DNA of 64,000 bases from Eledone cirrhosa (GCA_964016885.1 OZ024743.1:196354001-196418000); one strand, 5' to 3'. Shown: positions 43,109 through 56,934, numbered from the stretch's first letter. Program-made: numbers and translations. The notes: generated from the sequence alone by a model not told the origin.

Positions 43109-43282
43109 TACGAGGCACGGCTAAAAAGTCCATAGGCTGAATATAAAGGAGAGATGCTACAGCTGTGAATTCTTACATGCATTAATTTCAAATCTTCTTG
43201 TTTTTCTTCCCAGGGACTATATTGAAAAATAAACCTTGAGTGTATCTTGGTCAGCCTATAAACTTTCCAGCCGACCCTCGTA
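43109..43282. mobile_element. Mariner-type MITE
   Basis: TA-CGAGG...AAAGTCCATAGGCTGA / TCAGCCTATAAACTTT...CCTCG-TA: about 30-bp TIRs with TA TSD. Confidence 0.8.
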
Positions 43283-43301
43283 TTCCTTATTAGTGTGAAA
43301 A

Positions 43302-43470
43302 TGCATGGCTTAGAGGTTAGAGTGATAGGCTCATAATCGTGAGATTGTGAATTCGATTCTCACACTGGGCTGTGCGCTATGTCCTTGAGCACGACATTTT
43401 TATTAACGTTGCTTTAGTTTACTCAACTGGAAAACACAAATTGTGGTGTCATTGATGCCAAGTTGTATCG
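43302..43470 (+). mobile_element. CORE-type SINE (family B), diverged
   Basis: TGGCTTAGAGGTTAG...ATTCGATTC...TGTCCTTGAGCACGACA. Confidence 0.7.
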
Positions 43471-43850
43471 GTAGAGTCCATTCTTTTTCGAGTCTGTGCA
43501 AACCGAGTACTTCCAAGGAAAAAGGGGAATGAGATAGAGATATACAGGACTAGAATTTCATTAATCAATCTCGGAATGATGTAAAACAAAGTTGAATTCG
43601 ATGGAATTTTTAACTTAGATCATAGAGTTTGAACGGAAACGGTAAAGCATCATTTCCCACGTTTCTGCCAAACCACCACCGTTAATATCATCTCGTAAAA
43701 TCCCGTCGCTACGCTACCGGTAAATATATTTTTTAATCATGTACGTACATTCATAAATTGTTCAAATAATGTTTAGATTGAATTTCTTGGTGAAGATTAA
43801 TATCAGTTTGATTACTGTTGAACTATCTATCTATCCTCTATCTATCTGTC

Positions 43851-44225
43851 TTATCGGTAGAGGGTCGGACGCCATGCTTTCCAGCATAGTTACGTCCCTT
43901 TACGATCTGAGTTCAAATCCCGCCGAGGTTGACTTTGCCTTTCATCCTTACGGGGTCGATAAAATAAAGTACCAGTAATGCACTGGGTAATTGCTGGCCT
44001 TGTGCCTAAAGTAGAAACAATATTATAAAAGAGAAGGGCGGTGGATTGGCAGTATCGGTAGAGGGGTTGGACGCCATGCTTTCCAGCATAGAATTACGTT
44101 CCTGTACGGTATGAGTTCAAATCCCACAGAGGTTAACTTTACCTTTCATCGTTACGGGGTCGATAAAATAAAGTATCAGTAATGCACTGGGATAATTGCT
44201 GGCCCTGTGCCAAAAGTAGAAACAA
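43851..44225 (+). mobile_element. Two tandem SINE family A copies
   Basis: Consensus match; the second copy is flanked by TATAAAAGARAAG. Confidence 0.9.
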
Positions 44226-45881
44226 ATATAAAAGAAAAGCTGTTTCTCCCTGAAAAGTTGTAGTTGTGTTATACTAAAGGATTATTTACACAAAGAGTTT
44301 AGACGGTGACAGTATACTTCAGGAGAAGAAAAGAAATCCTTGGTTTGATTAACCCTCGTAAAGATATATCGAGGAAACAATACTGGAATTTATACCAAAA
44401 TGAATAATCAAATATGGACATATATTGGAGAGACTGAAGTCTTTGTCAAACACTGCGGGGCGGCTGGTCATGTTTCGGTCTAATTTTGATCTCGTTATTA
44501 AGAGCGAAGTTATGACCGTGCTTAAGAAAGAACAGACTCGTTCTTCCCCTGCGTTCCCAATTATAATTACCTAGTTCTTTTTTTATATTATTAAAAATTC
44601 TGGAGTTGCCTCCCTTTCCATTTCTTAGACTGAATTAATGATTATGCTAATGTTTTTTTTTATCTTTTATCCTCTCAAAAGAGATGTAATTTTAATTAAT
44701 ACAAAAAATATTTGCCTCACTAGATTCAATATGTTAGCACCGAATTAATTATTTGCTATATATAAGGCTCTGAATCTGCAATCAAAAGCGATATATATTT
44801 TTAGAAGGAACTTTTACACCTTTATAACGGTGGACTTTAAATAACCATCACCTTGGCGTGGTTATGTCTTTCTATTTGATTTTACTGCTTCAATAATAAT
44901 CAGTTACTAAATAATTCTACATAGACTCATAAAAAGATAAAACAACTACAACAACGACGACGATGTCAATAACAACAACAATAACAAAATAATGCTGCAG
45001 TAGTTATTAATATACCTTCATATTTCTTTATCGATTTCTTTGCAAGCTTCAACTGAATTTTCCTCGGCATGCAATCCGCTCCAACATGGGATTTTGAAGA
45101 AATTTTTTTGTAGATAATGTGAGTGTGTGTGTGTATATACGTATAAATGAATTCATTATGTAACGTGTGTATCAGTTTGTCTACTTTTGTGTAATTATAT
45201 GTGTGTGTATATAGACACACACAGACGCATACATACACACGTACGTACATACATACACACACATGCATACACGCATACACACAGATACATACACACACAC
45301 ACACATACATACACACATATACATACATCAGTGTGTGTAAGTGTGTCTATGTGCACGTATACAAATAGATGTTTATTTAGAGATAAATATGTGCGTAAGA
45401 ATATATGAATTTATTACATAAATCGATGTCTTTGTTGGAATGTGTGTGTGTGTATGCATGTGTGAATGATTGTAAATATGTGTGTACGTATACGCCTATG
45501 TATATGAGTACGTATGTGTGTGTGTTTTTTTGCGTACATATATGTGTATATGATGTGTTTGTGCATGTGTACATATCTATGTTCGTGTATATAATGTGTG
45601 CGGGGTAGTTGTTTGAGTATTAGCTGGGTTAATATCAATAATCTTCAAAGTAATATGAAAAGAAGATAACTTTTAAATGAAAAGTTACTAGAATTAAGTC
45701 ACAAACTTTCTATAATGTTCATCACATTAGTCCATAGCCATATAATATTATGTGGTGGCTCTAGAGACGATTCAATCTTAGTTCCAGTACATCACTGGTA
45801 TTTTATCAGACCCTGAAAGGTAAATGCGAAGGGAAGTAACCTCTCTTTATTTGACGACAGGCTGGTTTTGGTGTTAATGTT

Positions 45882-46655
45882 GGTGACTTTGTTGTTCTTC
45901 TTTTCAGATGTTTTGCTTTATATACACGACTATAAGAATATATTTAGAATAAACATATCAAAGTATCTATATATATAAAGTTTGTTTGTTTGTTTGTTCA
46001 CGAACTCCTCCTATGGTTTTGGAGATAGACCCCCATAGCCATATATATTCTGAAACTACATTGCCCAGAGTACTTGGATAAGTATATTTCATTTTAATCA
46101 AAGTGGTGACTTTGTTGTTCTTCTTTTCAGATGTTTTGCTTTATATACACCACTATAAGAATATATTTAGAATAAACATATCAAAGTATCTATATATATA
46201 AAGTTTGTTTGTTTGTTTGTTCACGAACTCCTCCTATGGTTTTGGAGATAGACCCCCATGCCTGGTGGTACAAAACCCCGCTGAAAATGTTTTCCCTTCG
46301 ATTCATATGAAATTTAAACCATAGGTAAATGACAAAATATGATGCCTATTCACAAAATTTCAGCAAATTTCAATAGTATTAAGCTACCCTAATGGGGGTT
46401 AAACCCCTATAGTGAAAATTTTGGCCAATAAATGGAACAATATTTCACGAACTCCTCCTATGGTTTTGGAGATAGACCCCCATAGCCACATATATTCTGA
46501 AACTACATTGCCCAGGGTACTTGGATAAGTATATTTCATTTTAATCAAAGGGTTCCCTGGTGGCACAAAACCCCCGCTGAAAATTTTTTCCCTTCGATTT
46601 ATATGAAATTTAAACCATAGGTAAATGACAAGATATGATGCCTATTCACAAAAGT
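45882..46655 (+). mobile_element. Helitron-like 5' end in a rearranged block duplication
   Basis: A|TCTATATATATAAAG(TTTG)n at 45966 and 46189, typical of non-autonomous Helitron 5' ends. Near-identical blocks are repeated 2-3 times. No clear CTRR 3' end. Confidence 0.55.
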
Positions 46656-47099
46656 TTTGAATTGATATTCCAAAGATAATTTTGGTTTTGCTGAAGTTAT
46701 AGATGAGGGGGCTTTATAATCTTTTAAGTGGTTAGGGCTTCAAAAGGGCTTAGATGTGATTAGATAGTATTAGCTATTTGAAATGAAAATGAAATTTATA
46801 GCTCACAACTAAGCAGACTTAGCTAGCCTTCTATAATGTTGTATCGCATAAGAGGTTTGTCGAATGATTTAAGGATAGGAGCACCAACCCGTTGAAAAAC
46901 AACAGGAAATAAAGCATCTTGCTCCTGGGCAAGAATTGAACCCATGATCTTATGGTCGTGTGTCCTATAACATAACTAAGCGACACACCTTTTAATTGGA
47001 TAATCAACAATATATGTCACTCCACTGCTCTTTTCTGACACAATAACTGAGGTAAATTACTGTACTGAACTAAATTAATTTCCGGATGAAGCATAGTGT

Positions 47100-47830
47100 T
47101 GGACCTTCATCTGTTTCGACGACGGTTGCTCCAGCTTTTCGATCAAGAGAAGAGCCTTTTCCGGATAATTACGTTCAAGTGATTGAGCATTCCACAAACA
47201 TGTGTAGCCTTAATGTAATTCTTAATGAGATTCAGCGTAACACAGTTAGTGACAAGACTGGCCCTTGAATTATATGCACAACTCATATTTTCCAGTTGAG
47301 TGGACTGGGGCAACATGAAATAAAGAATCTTGCTCAATTAAACATAGCAGCTGATTAAGCAATCACACACTTAATGCAGTGAGCGAAAAAAATTTCTAAT
47401 TAATTAAAATTATCTTCGCGGTGAGGAGAGGGAAACACAACTGTTAATTAATGAACGCTGATCAAAACAAAGGGGTGACAATCTTAATTTAAAAATGAGT
47501 AATATGAAAGAAGGAACCTCCGTCGGTTTCGACGATTAGTGTTCCAGTTATTCAGTCGACAGAACAACCCGCTCGTGAAATTAGTGTGTAATTTGTTGAG
47601 CATTCCACAGACACGGTTACCTTTAAAGTAATTGTCAGGGAGATTCAGCGTGGCACAACTTGCAACAAGACTGGCCCTTTGAATTACAGGTACAGTCCAT
47701 ATGACAAACTTCCAAACAATTTCCGTCAGTCCAGGTTCACTCTCAAGGCATGGGTCGACCCGTGGCTCTGATAAATGGCACCTACCTAACATCCCCCACA
47801 GTAGGATCGAACCCATCATATCATGATTGT
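47100..47830 (-). mobile_element. Two diverged CORE-SINE copies with long 3' body
   Basis: Shared TTGAGCATTCCACA...GAGATTCAGCGT...CAAGACTGGCCCTT at about 47110-47335 and 47518-47700. Confidence 0.7.
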
Positions 47831-50372
47831 GATGTGAAATTATTAAACTTTTTTTTTTTATCAACCTTTCTGGAAGTTTTAAACTAAGTCGCCTGCATTA
47901 ATTCCACAAAAAGGACAAGAATAACATTAAATAATGAAATAAAGAGGAGTGAGAGAGCAGACTCTATACCCTTGTTAGGTGGTTTAACTCAGCTGTGTCC
48001 CGCAGACAAGATGGTGAAAGCAATGCTTCAGAGAACAACCAACTACATCCGCTACATCAGCCCCTCCACATCACGAAGCCCCTTCCACGGGTCGGATGCA
48101 TAGCTACCGATTTTCTGATGAAAACGGCAGTTCGAGAGCCTGGGACACTGGAGGTCACATTGTTTATTAAAAAACAAATACAAATGCTTTACTAAAGAAA
48201 TTGACAATTAAATCGACTCCAATATTTGATTAATACTTATTCATATGACCCTGAAAGGATGAAAAGTAAAATTACCTCAGCGATGTTTAATATCAGAACT
48301 TATAGAACACGAAACTGAATATAGATGCTCTACCGAAAAAAAAACAAAGAGAAAAAAATAAATTGTAAGTGTAAGGGAAGGGAGATGGAGTGGCAGATTT
48401 ACACCCCAGTCTAAGAAGCATGTCTCAGTTGCACCGCGCAAACAATGATAAAGACACAGCCACGGTGAACAGCCTCCGATACCCTCTGCATCAGCCACAC
48501 ACCTCACGGGTCTCATTCCTCAAGCGGGAAAGACCTCTCCCAATTTCGCGGAGGGAAACGGCAGTTCGGGGGCTGAGAACACGGGAGGTCTCGACGGTGA
48601 AGTGGTCTGTCAAGTCCCGGTATTTAGCTATCTTCACCTCCTCCCCGTTACAAGCGGCTGAAGCTGAAATGACAAAGTATATTTGTTCTTTCATAATTAC
48701 TGTGGTCTGCAATCACGAAATAGAATAAATTTTAGGATTATAGAGATAAATTGACTCTACAAACCATCCTTTCTCTCACGTATGATTACGGATAGTTCGA
48801 GTTGGGAGTTACTTTTTATTTAAAGTATATTCAAATGTACATTTATTTTTGTCTTTTGAAGTTTCGGTACATATTTGTGTTAATCCTACACGAATAATAA
48901 CCTAACGATGTGGAAACATTATAAAGTATGGGATTAAGTAGACTAGGATAAGTTTTCAGAATATGTCTTCATAGAGAAGGAAGTGATTAATGAGAGAAGT
49001 CTGATAAATGAGCTTATTTAAATAATGTTAATTATATTAATTACATTCAGTACTGGCAGGCAAATGAGATTTATAATACATTGTTGTGTGATTTGAAACT
49101 CTCAGCGTGTTAGCTTCAAGTCGATAATGTTAGTCAATTCCTGCAGCCACGTGTTTACTCCCCTCCCTGTAGATAGCTTTCGTTTCAACATAGAAATTCA
49201 CTGGATGATTTAGTTAAGTCATTAAAATTTCGAAATAATGATGTAATTAGATAGTGTGCAAATGAGAAAACAGGTAGCAATATATTTAACAAACTGACAA
49301 TGCCCATACTATCCATGTAATGAGAGCAACAGTGTGTATTCCAGCCTTGGGTCATGTTCTGCGTAAAGCAGACTACGACTAAATAAATTATTGTCCATTA
49401 CAAGGAATAACATAGCAAATATATCCATGTAAAAGTTGCTGTGTATCAGAAAATCATTAACAAATACTAGCTTTTGTTACTTCAGCTTGCTAGCGGGAAG
49501 AAATGTTCAGCGTCGCTCGATGTATATTAATTACTATCTGCTAGCTTATGTCTCATCAGTTTTCTTCCATATATCTTGTCATGAAGTTTTAGAATTATGA
49601 ACTGTTGTGTACATTGTTGATTTAATACTGATATAATGACAGCCAGCAAGAAGCGAGTAATACAATAATATTAAAGGTATCTTTCTGAATAAGAAGTATT
49701 CGCATGGGGAATGATTGATTAGAACAGCGGTGATGCGATGTTATCAGGGGATTTCACAGCTGACACTATCTGTCCGAGTCAGTCAAGGTAGCAGATAAAC
49801 CATAGTACTGAATAAATGACAGACATATCAATGTAATGTGACTACCAACGTATTTTCAAGTGACCTGAACAGTGAGAGTGCGTGGTATAGAAAGCAAAGC
49901 AATTTATCTATTAACCAGTAAAGGGATCAGTTTCATTTAGCAAGATAGCAGTTTCGATATCCTCTTGTAGCTTTATTTACGTCACATGAAAAAAAAAAAG
50001 TCCTGGTCGGTGCAAATTCGGTTTTTGAACTCATGTAAAGAATTATCATATTAACCCCCCGCCGACAGAGATAATGAAATAAAACGATAGTAGGAGAGAT
50101 CCGAGAAAATGCTTTAAAGGGTTTAGTTTCTTACATTTACATTCTAAGTTCAAATCATGTTATTCCACTAAAGCCAACTCTTCGTAACCAACAACACACT
50201 GCAGTTAATTGAATCGTCGGTAACAAAGTCGAGCTTTGTGATTGGTTTACCAAACTATTGCCGTACTTTCGTATCACATGATCACATGCATTTAGCTACT
50301 CCCGGGAAGCCACTATAAAAAAGAAGAAACCAAAACAAAGGCGCTTGTTCTCGATACTAGCTTACACAGGAC

Positions 50373-50649
50373 CAGGAGCACCGTTTGCCTTAAAAAAAAT
50401 GTGAGGGGGACAAACCAACATTTGTTGATTTTCAAAGGAGCATAAATTGCTTATCGTGCCTTTCCCGGACCTTATCACATAAGTAAAATGTTACGCTAAT
50501 TAAATTTTATATATTCAAATGAAGTTCTGATATAAAAAAATAACTTAAAAAGAATTTATTATATCAAATAAATAAGACATAGACGTTTGAAAAAGTATGT
50601 GGGGGGGGGGTCCCCCCTGGTACCCCCCCCCCCTGAAACAAGGCCCTTG
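50373..50649. mobile_element. hAT-type MITE with 8-bp TSD
   Basis: CACAGGAC at 50365-50372 and 50650-50657; degenerate TIR CAGGAGCACCGTTT / AAACAAGGCCCTTG. Confidence 0.7.
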
Positions 50650-51099
50650 CACAGGACACCCGGCTTCAATAGGTGTAGCCTTAACCATTTTGGTCGGCTA
50701 CAAACGGTTTTGCGACACGATTATACTCTGTCTCTACAAATGTGTGATTTTATGTTAAACCATGAAATTATTATTACATCACTAGGGTTGATCTTATTAC
50801 TTGAAAAGTCTCAGGTTTCGTATTGAAAAAATGTGGATATCATTAACGTTAAATTTTTGTTTGACGTCATGTTTGAGAAAAGGAATCTTTGAAGAGAAAA
50901 ATACACTTTTGCTATTACATACTGTCTGAAGTTATCCCGGTCGTCTCTATAAGAATCAACAGAGAGATTGATTCGCTCGACCTCTTAGAAATAGCAGCTA
51001 GATCTAACTTTAATCGCAACCAACCGACTTAAAAAATAATTCCACATTGAATAATGTAGTCTAACATATACCTTCATATACACGTCCATTGTGAATACT

Positions 51100-51290
51100 G
51101 TGGTGGTTTGGCAGTATCGGTAGAGGGTCGGACGCAATGCTTTGTAACAAAGAGTTGCAGCCCTTTATGGTCTGAGTTCAAATCCCGCGGAGGTTAACTT
51201 TGCCTTTCATCCTTACTTGGTCGATAAAATAAAGTACCAGTAATACACTGGGATAATTGCTGGCCTTGTGCCAAAAGTAGAAACAATTAT
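51100..51290 (+). mobile_element. SINE family A with TSD
   Basis: Consensus match; ATTRTGAATAC at 51088 and 51286. Confidence 0.9.
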
Positions 51291-51854
51291 GAATACCGTT
51301 ATGTTAATGCTATTGTAATCCGATACGTTATGTTTCAATTGGTGAGGTGTGTATAGGTAAACATATCTCAAGTCCAGTGAAATGTCATGATGGACACAAT
51401 CAAATATCTAGCGGGACACCTGAACGACTGGCTACACCAGTTACGGGAACTTGATTGATTGATAATCACAGCTGGAATGTTTTTGATCAGAGGCCTATTC
51501 GATGGGAGGTGATCTGGAAATAAACAACAAAAATATTGAAACTAGTCTTTATATTATCGGCTTTGGAAGGATGAAAGGCAAAATTGACCTCGGCAAGATT
51601 TGAACTCAGAACGTAAAGAGCCAAAACAATTACAGCTACGCATTTTTCCAGCGCTCCATCAATTCTTGTCAATCCACTGCTCTCAAAACCATCTAGTTTA
51701 ATTAAAAGTAAACAGACAAAAATAAAACACATATAATATAACCTGCTTGCCAGATTGTTGTTGTTATAGGTTTAGGTGACCTCCTACAAAATTGCATCTC
51801 ACAGGATATTTCTTGGGTGTTGAAGGATGCCAATCCTATCATAATTAGAATTCC

Positions 51855-52072
51855 CCCGAGACCGGATGCCAGTCCGTTAAAGGGGTTAAACACCACCACC
51901 ACCACCACCCATACACACACACACACACACACACACAATGCTGCTATTGGTACTCATTCATCTTCAGCTGAGAAGACTGGGGCAATGTGAAATAAAGCGC
52001 TTTGCCTGTCCATCGAGGAATCGAACCAACGACTCTATGGTCGTGAGCCCAGCATCCTAACCATTAAACCAC
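51855..52072 (-). mobile_element. CORE-type SINE (family B) with internal (CAC)/(CA) expansion
   Basis: Homologous to 42330-42520. Confidence 0.7.
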
Positions 52073-52309
52073 GTTTTTTTAATTACGATTGCCAGAGTGC
52101 AGCATACACAATAAAGCACAGCGTGATCCTAGAACTGTTTGAAACATGACATATACTCAATGCTATATCAATACTACTCAATGTTATGCCAATGATTCAC
52201 ATCCAAATGTTCCATCTATTATTCTATACCCTAATGCTATTCCAGTGATAACTGACAGAAGATATTTAGCTACAACAGCAGCTCTCATAAAATACATAGA
52301 AAAAAAACT

Positions 52310-52345
<36 letters not shown>

Positions 52346-52587
52346 ATGTATATATATATATATTTCTCTCTCTCTGTATATATATATATATGTGCATATA
52401 TTTTTCTCTCTCTACCCTCTCTCTTTCTTTCTCTGGCTCTCTAACACTATCCAGCCTTTCTCAGATATTCTTACTCACCGCCCGGTACCCACATTTTCTC
52501 TTTCCATCACCATATCTCTCTCTATCTCCATCTCTCTATCTATCTATCTCTCTTTATCCCTATTTCTCTCTCTTTCTCTCTTTATCC

Positions 52588-52674
<87 letters not shown>

Positions 52675-53084
52675 TTCCCTCCCTCTACCATATGTTGGAT
52701 TAAAAACATATGAGTCAGCTGTAAATTGTGTCAGCTTCACAAAACAATTCTGGAAGAATTTGATCCGGCAAAACTCCAAAGAACAAACAAGCCGAAGAAC
52801 AGATGCCAGCTTTGGAAAATAATATCTACTTGTTACAGGCAAACATACAAAACAGGATACATGAATAGCAATTACTTCATGATATAAGCTGAAATTGAAA
52901 CTGGACTTCAAAATAAAATAAGAAGAAAATAATAAAACTATATCACTCACATAAAAATTTAAAAAGAACAATACATTGTTTATACGTCGTACATACTTTG
53001 GTTACCACAGCCATCACGCACATGTGGTTGTATGTATGTATGTATATATATGTGTATATATATATATATATATATACATATATA

Positions 53085-53141
<57 letters not shown>

Positions 53142-53154
53142 TGTGTGTATGTGC

Positions 53155-53199
<45 letters not shown>

Positions 53200-53205
<6 letters not shown>

Positions 53206-53259
53206 ATACTTTGGGAGAGTCATGTTGATAAAGAATCTTGCTAAACAAATTCAGAAACG

Positions 53260-53341
<82 letters not shown>

Positions 53342-53364
53342 ATACTTTGGGAGGGTCATGTTGC

Positions 53365-53368
<4 letters not shown>
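53200..53368 (-). mobile_element. Terminal slivers of the Penelope element at 35375-36435 scattered in (TA)n
   Basis: TTGTTATACTTTGGGAGRGTCATGTTG occurs twice, and GATAAAGAATCTTGCTAAACAAATTCAGAAACGAAA is the inverse of 35375-35410. Confidence 0.75.
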
Positions 53369-53422
<54 letters not shown>

Positions 53423-53429
<7 letters not shown>

Positions 53430-53600
53430 GAGTCGGGGTTCGACGGCTGAGTTCTTGCCGTTTGGACAGTTAATTCCGGAAAAGGTCTTGAATTAGCTGT
53501 TGAAATGCCAAGATGTCAGCGCCGTCGAACCCCGATTCTTTATAATATAATCATACTCTACTAACCCAAGTATCGAGTACTCTGTCGAATAATGGTCTAA
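53423..53600. mobile_element. Diverged foldback relative of the 8140/57550 family
   Basis: AAAGAGTCGGGGTTCGACGGC...GCCGTCGAACCCCGATTCTTT arms, then ACTCTACTAACCCAAGTATCGAGTACTCTG. Confidence 0.65.
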
Positions 53601-53630
53601 CTAGTTTAATAAAGGTTTAATCTTCATATC

Positions 53631-53686
<56 letters not shown>

Positions 53687-53794
53687 TCTATCTATATATA
53701 TATATATATTAAATATAGAGTTAATAACTCATATAGATACCCTGTAATTAACAAGCTCAAAGTATAAATACTGAGCATTATAATATTAATATGC

Positions 53795-53866
53795 GTAGAA
53801 GTAAACACAGTAAACCCGTGTCTACCCTCGTAATTTTAGACACGGGTTTACTGTGTTTACTTCTAC
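53795..53866. repeat. Perfect 30-bp inverted repeat, 12-nt loop
   Basis: GTAGAAGTAAACACAGTAAACCCGTGTCTA / TAGACACGGGTTTACTGTGTTTACTTCTAC. Confidence 0.9.
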
Positions 53867-53869
53867 ACA

Positions 53870-53981
<112 letters not shown>

Positions 53982-54015
53982 TATATATATATATTCATAT
54001 ATATATATATATATA

Positions 54016-54098
<83 letters not shown>

Positions 54099-54240
54099 GT
54101 GCGTATAATGGTAGCTATGGTGCTTCCATAGGCGGTATGCCAAAATTAGCACTCAATATTCATACTGAGCAGAGTGTGGATAGTATAAAAAAACGAAAAA
54201 TCACTGAGTCCAGATGCATCACTGATTTTTCGTTTTTTTA

Positions 54241-54290
<50 letters not shown>

Positions 54291-54294
<4 letters not shown>

Positions 54295-55008
54295 ATGAGA
54301 AGAAAGAAGAATACTGCGTGGTTTGCACATGGGTTACATATAATAAAAATAGTCCTTCGTCAGTTATTTTTCCAACCATCATTGGTGATTCATCGCATTG
54401 AAAATCAGATACCTCAGGTTGGTGCGAGTAATAGCTAAAAAAAGTTATTGGGATCGTAATTCGCGTAAAGCGAGGGGGACAAGTAAACAACATAGAAGGA
54501 TAAAAACAAACCGAAGATTGGAAAATGGTTGTCCGGTCAGCATAAGCTGGGTGGATTTCATTAGCGAGAGAGGTACAGACCGTGTCGATGTGTGTGAGAT
54601 GTAAGCAAGAAGAGACCCACACAAGCCAAACGGAAGGAAGTGGGAAGAGGAGAAACAGAGAGTGAGTGAGTGGAAGTGTGAGGAAGAGGTCAGTCGAGAG
54701 AAAGTGTAACTGACAGAGGGGCGAAAGAGGGTGAGAGAAACAGAGAGAGCGAGGAAGCAGTAAGAGAGAAACAGACAAACGCAGCCGAGGTAAATATATA
54801 TAAAAAACATGAGAAGAAAGAAGAATATTGCGTGGTTTGCACATGGGTTACATATGATAAAAATAGTCCTTCGTCAGTGATTTTCCAACCATCATTGGTT
54901 TTTTCATCGCATTAAAAATCAGATACCTCAGGTTGGTGCGAGCAATAACTAAAAAAAGTTATTGGGACCAGTAATTCGCGTGAAGCGAGGGGGACAAGTA
55001 AACAACAT
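54291..55008. mobile_element. Element with about 205-bp direct terminal repeats in (TA)n; inverted copy at 57770-58005
   Basis: 54291-54494 matches 54804-55008, with a GA-rich spacer and no ORF. Confidence 0.7.
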
Positions 55009-55663
55009 ATATATATATAAGACAAGAGCTGAAAAATATCTTTTAACATGTTAAAATATGCCCCACACACGTACAGACACATTCCTACCACGAATTACTC
55101 TGCTACACACACACACCCACACTCACACACATTTGTCTTAATAGGCACCTGAACTGTTGACCTGTCAACATGACTGCAATTCACACACACATCCCTACTG
55201 ACCATTATCACAACAATGAACCTCTTTACTACTACACACACACACACCCACACACATATTTGTCTTGAAAGACTTATTTTTCACTGACTTCTCAATCGGC
55301 CGAGACAAACCTACATTGGGCGCAAAATCAATTTTTAACATTCAAATGACCTCTACCGACAAATCAAAATTGTTTTGATCACAAGAATTTTTGCGACACG
55401 AATTGGCGCGAAACTTATTTTAATACATCTGGAGCCACTTTTTTCACATAAAACAGTTAGAATTTCCAAAACTAATCAGATCAGAGCAAACATCACGGGC
55501 GCTATATCTCATAATTATTTTTGTAAAGCATTAGAAATGCGCAACCGGTAAAAACTTAAAACCAAATCTGAATACTAACCAATACTTATTACTAATTTTT
55601 ACCTATTCCTAATTAAACTATTTTTCACTGAGAACAATTTGTCAGCATTTTCTTTTCCTTTTA

Positions 55664-55731
<68 letters not shown>

Positions 55732-55741
55732 AACAAGTAAG

Positions 55742-55835
55742 ACCCCGACGGCTGAGCTCAAGCCGTTTCGACGGCTAATTCTGGACTGAATGAAAATTTA
55801 TTCTGGTATTTAAATAGCCGAGCTTATCAAGGGGT
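55742..55835 (-). ncRNA. Type I hammerhead ribozyme with U3-A8 variant core
   Basis: Minus strand ACCCC-TTGATAA-G(ct)CGGCTA...TAGCCGtC-GAAA-CGGCT tgagctc AGCCG-TC-GGGGT; all three stems form. Confidence 0.72.
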
Positions 55836-56701
55836 AATTCCATATATGGTCAAAGAGATAATCACCAGGATTGGTCACATCACAAGTTAGTAGTAAATCT
55901 GTGATGGCAAATTAGTGGGGGAAGGGGTAGCTAAACCTGCCGGTAGGAGAAAAAGGAAGAGGGGGTGGAGTAGACCCATTCATGCGTTGGTAGTGCCGGC
56001 TACAGCTGGGCGTGAGGTCAAAGAGGATACTGGGGAGGGGAGGAGGAAGTCGAAACGGTAAGTAGAACAATGTAGGGTAAAACTATAAAAAGTACTGAGA
56101 ATGAAAAACAAAAAAACAAAAAAGCAGAGTCTGGTTACTAAGACTTAAGTCTCTCGCTATTGCTAGGCTAAAGAAATACATAAATAAATAAATAAACAAA
56201 TAAATGAATAAAAGAATAGATAAATAAATAAATAAATAAATATAATAAAGAATAAAAAAAAATAATAAATAATAATAATAAAAATAAATAGACTAGGTGG
56301 GACGGAAATAAAGGGACCCTAATAAGAGGTATAAGTGCGTGTATCGTACGGTGACGGGTCAACAAAAGGGGGGCCAAAATACTAAAGAGACTACCACGAA
56401 ATAATAAAGGTTTCTACCCCAATCACAGGGCCAGCAACCATCCAGTGCAAGAAAGTAAACTAGTACGAGAATATAATTCAGGGTCCCGAAAAAAATACTA
56501 ATGCTAACTCTAAGGGTACCGCCACGAAACAAAAAGTCTTATACAAGCTACATGAAAGATCGTACGAAGTAAAAGTAAAGAACGGAAAATTAATACAGAA
56601 ACCCCCTAATATATTAGTACTATATATATATACTAATATATTAGTACTATATATATATACTAATATATTAGTACTATATATATATACATATATATATTTA
56701 T

Positions 56702-56777
<76 letters not shown>

Positions 56778-56846
56778 TATGAAGAGAGAAGAAACATTTA
56801 GATATAATTAGTAATAAAATGTATCATACCTAAACTGTTCCTAAAT

Positions 56847-56934
56847 TCCTCGACTACGTAGTTTCGTGGCATAAACAAAAACAATATATCAAAGATATAG
56901 AGTTCTTGCGAGGTCTGCCGACTTATCAAGAGGA
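56847..56934 (-). ncRNA. Type I hammerhead ribozyme with U3-A8 variant core
   Basis: Minus strand TCCTC-TTGATAA-GT(c)GGCA...TGCCAC-GAAA-CTACGTAG-TC-GAGGA; palindromic stem III. Confidence 0.75.

Noticed and set aside
44035-44130. tRNA gene (A and B boxes)
   Set aside because: No cloverleaf; it is the head of a multi-copy SINE.
44460-44510. Minus-strand TTAATAA...GACC-GAAACATG
   Set aside because: The core G5 and the UH site are both missing, and the stems are unconvincing.
48090-48600. Two related GC-rich segments (AAACGGCAGTTCG...GGAGGTC) and ORF 48390-48728
   Set aside because: Probably old repeat fragments, but I could not assign a family or protein motif.
52710-52970. Unique-looking stretch, possible exon or UTR
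   Set aside because: No splice or coding evidence; the listed ORF runs into a (GA)n tract.
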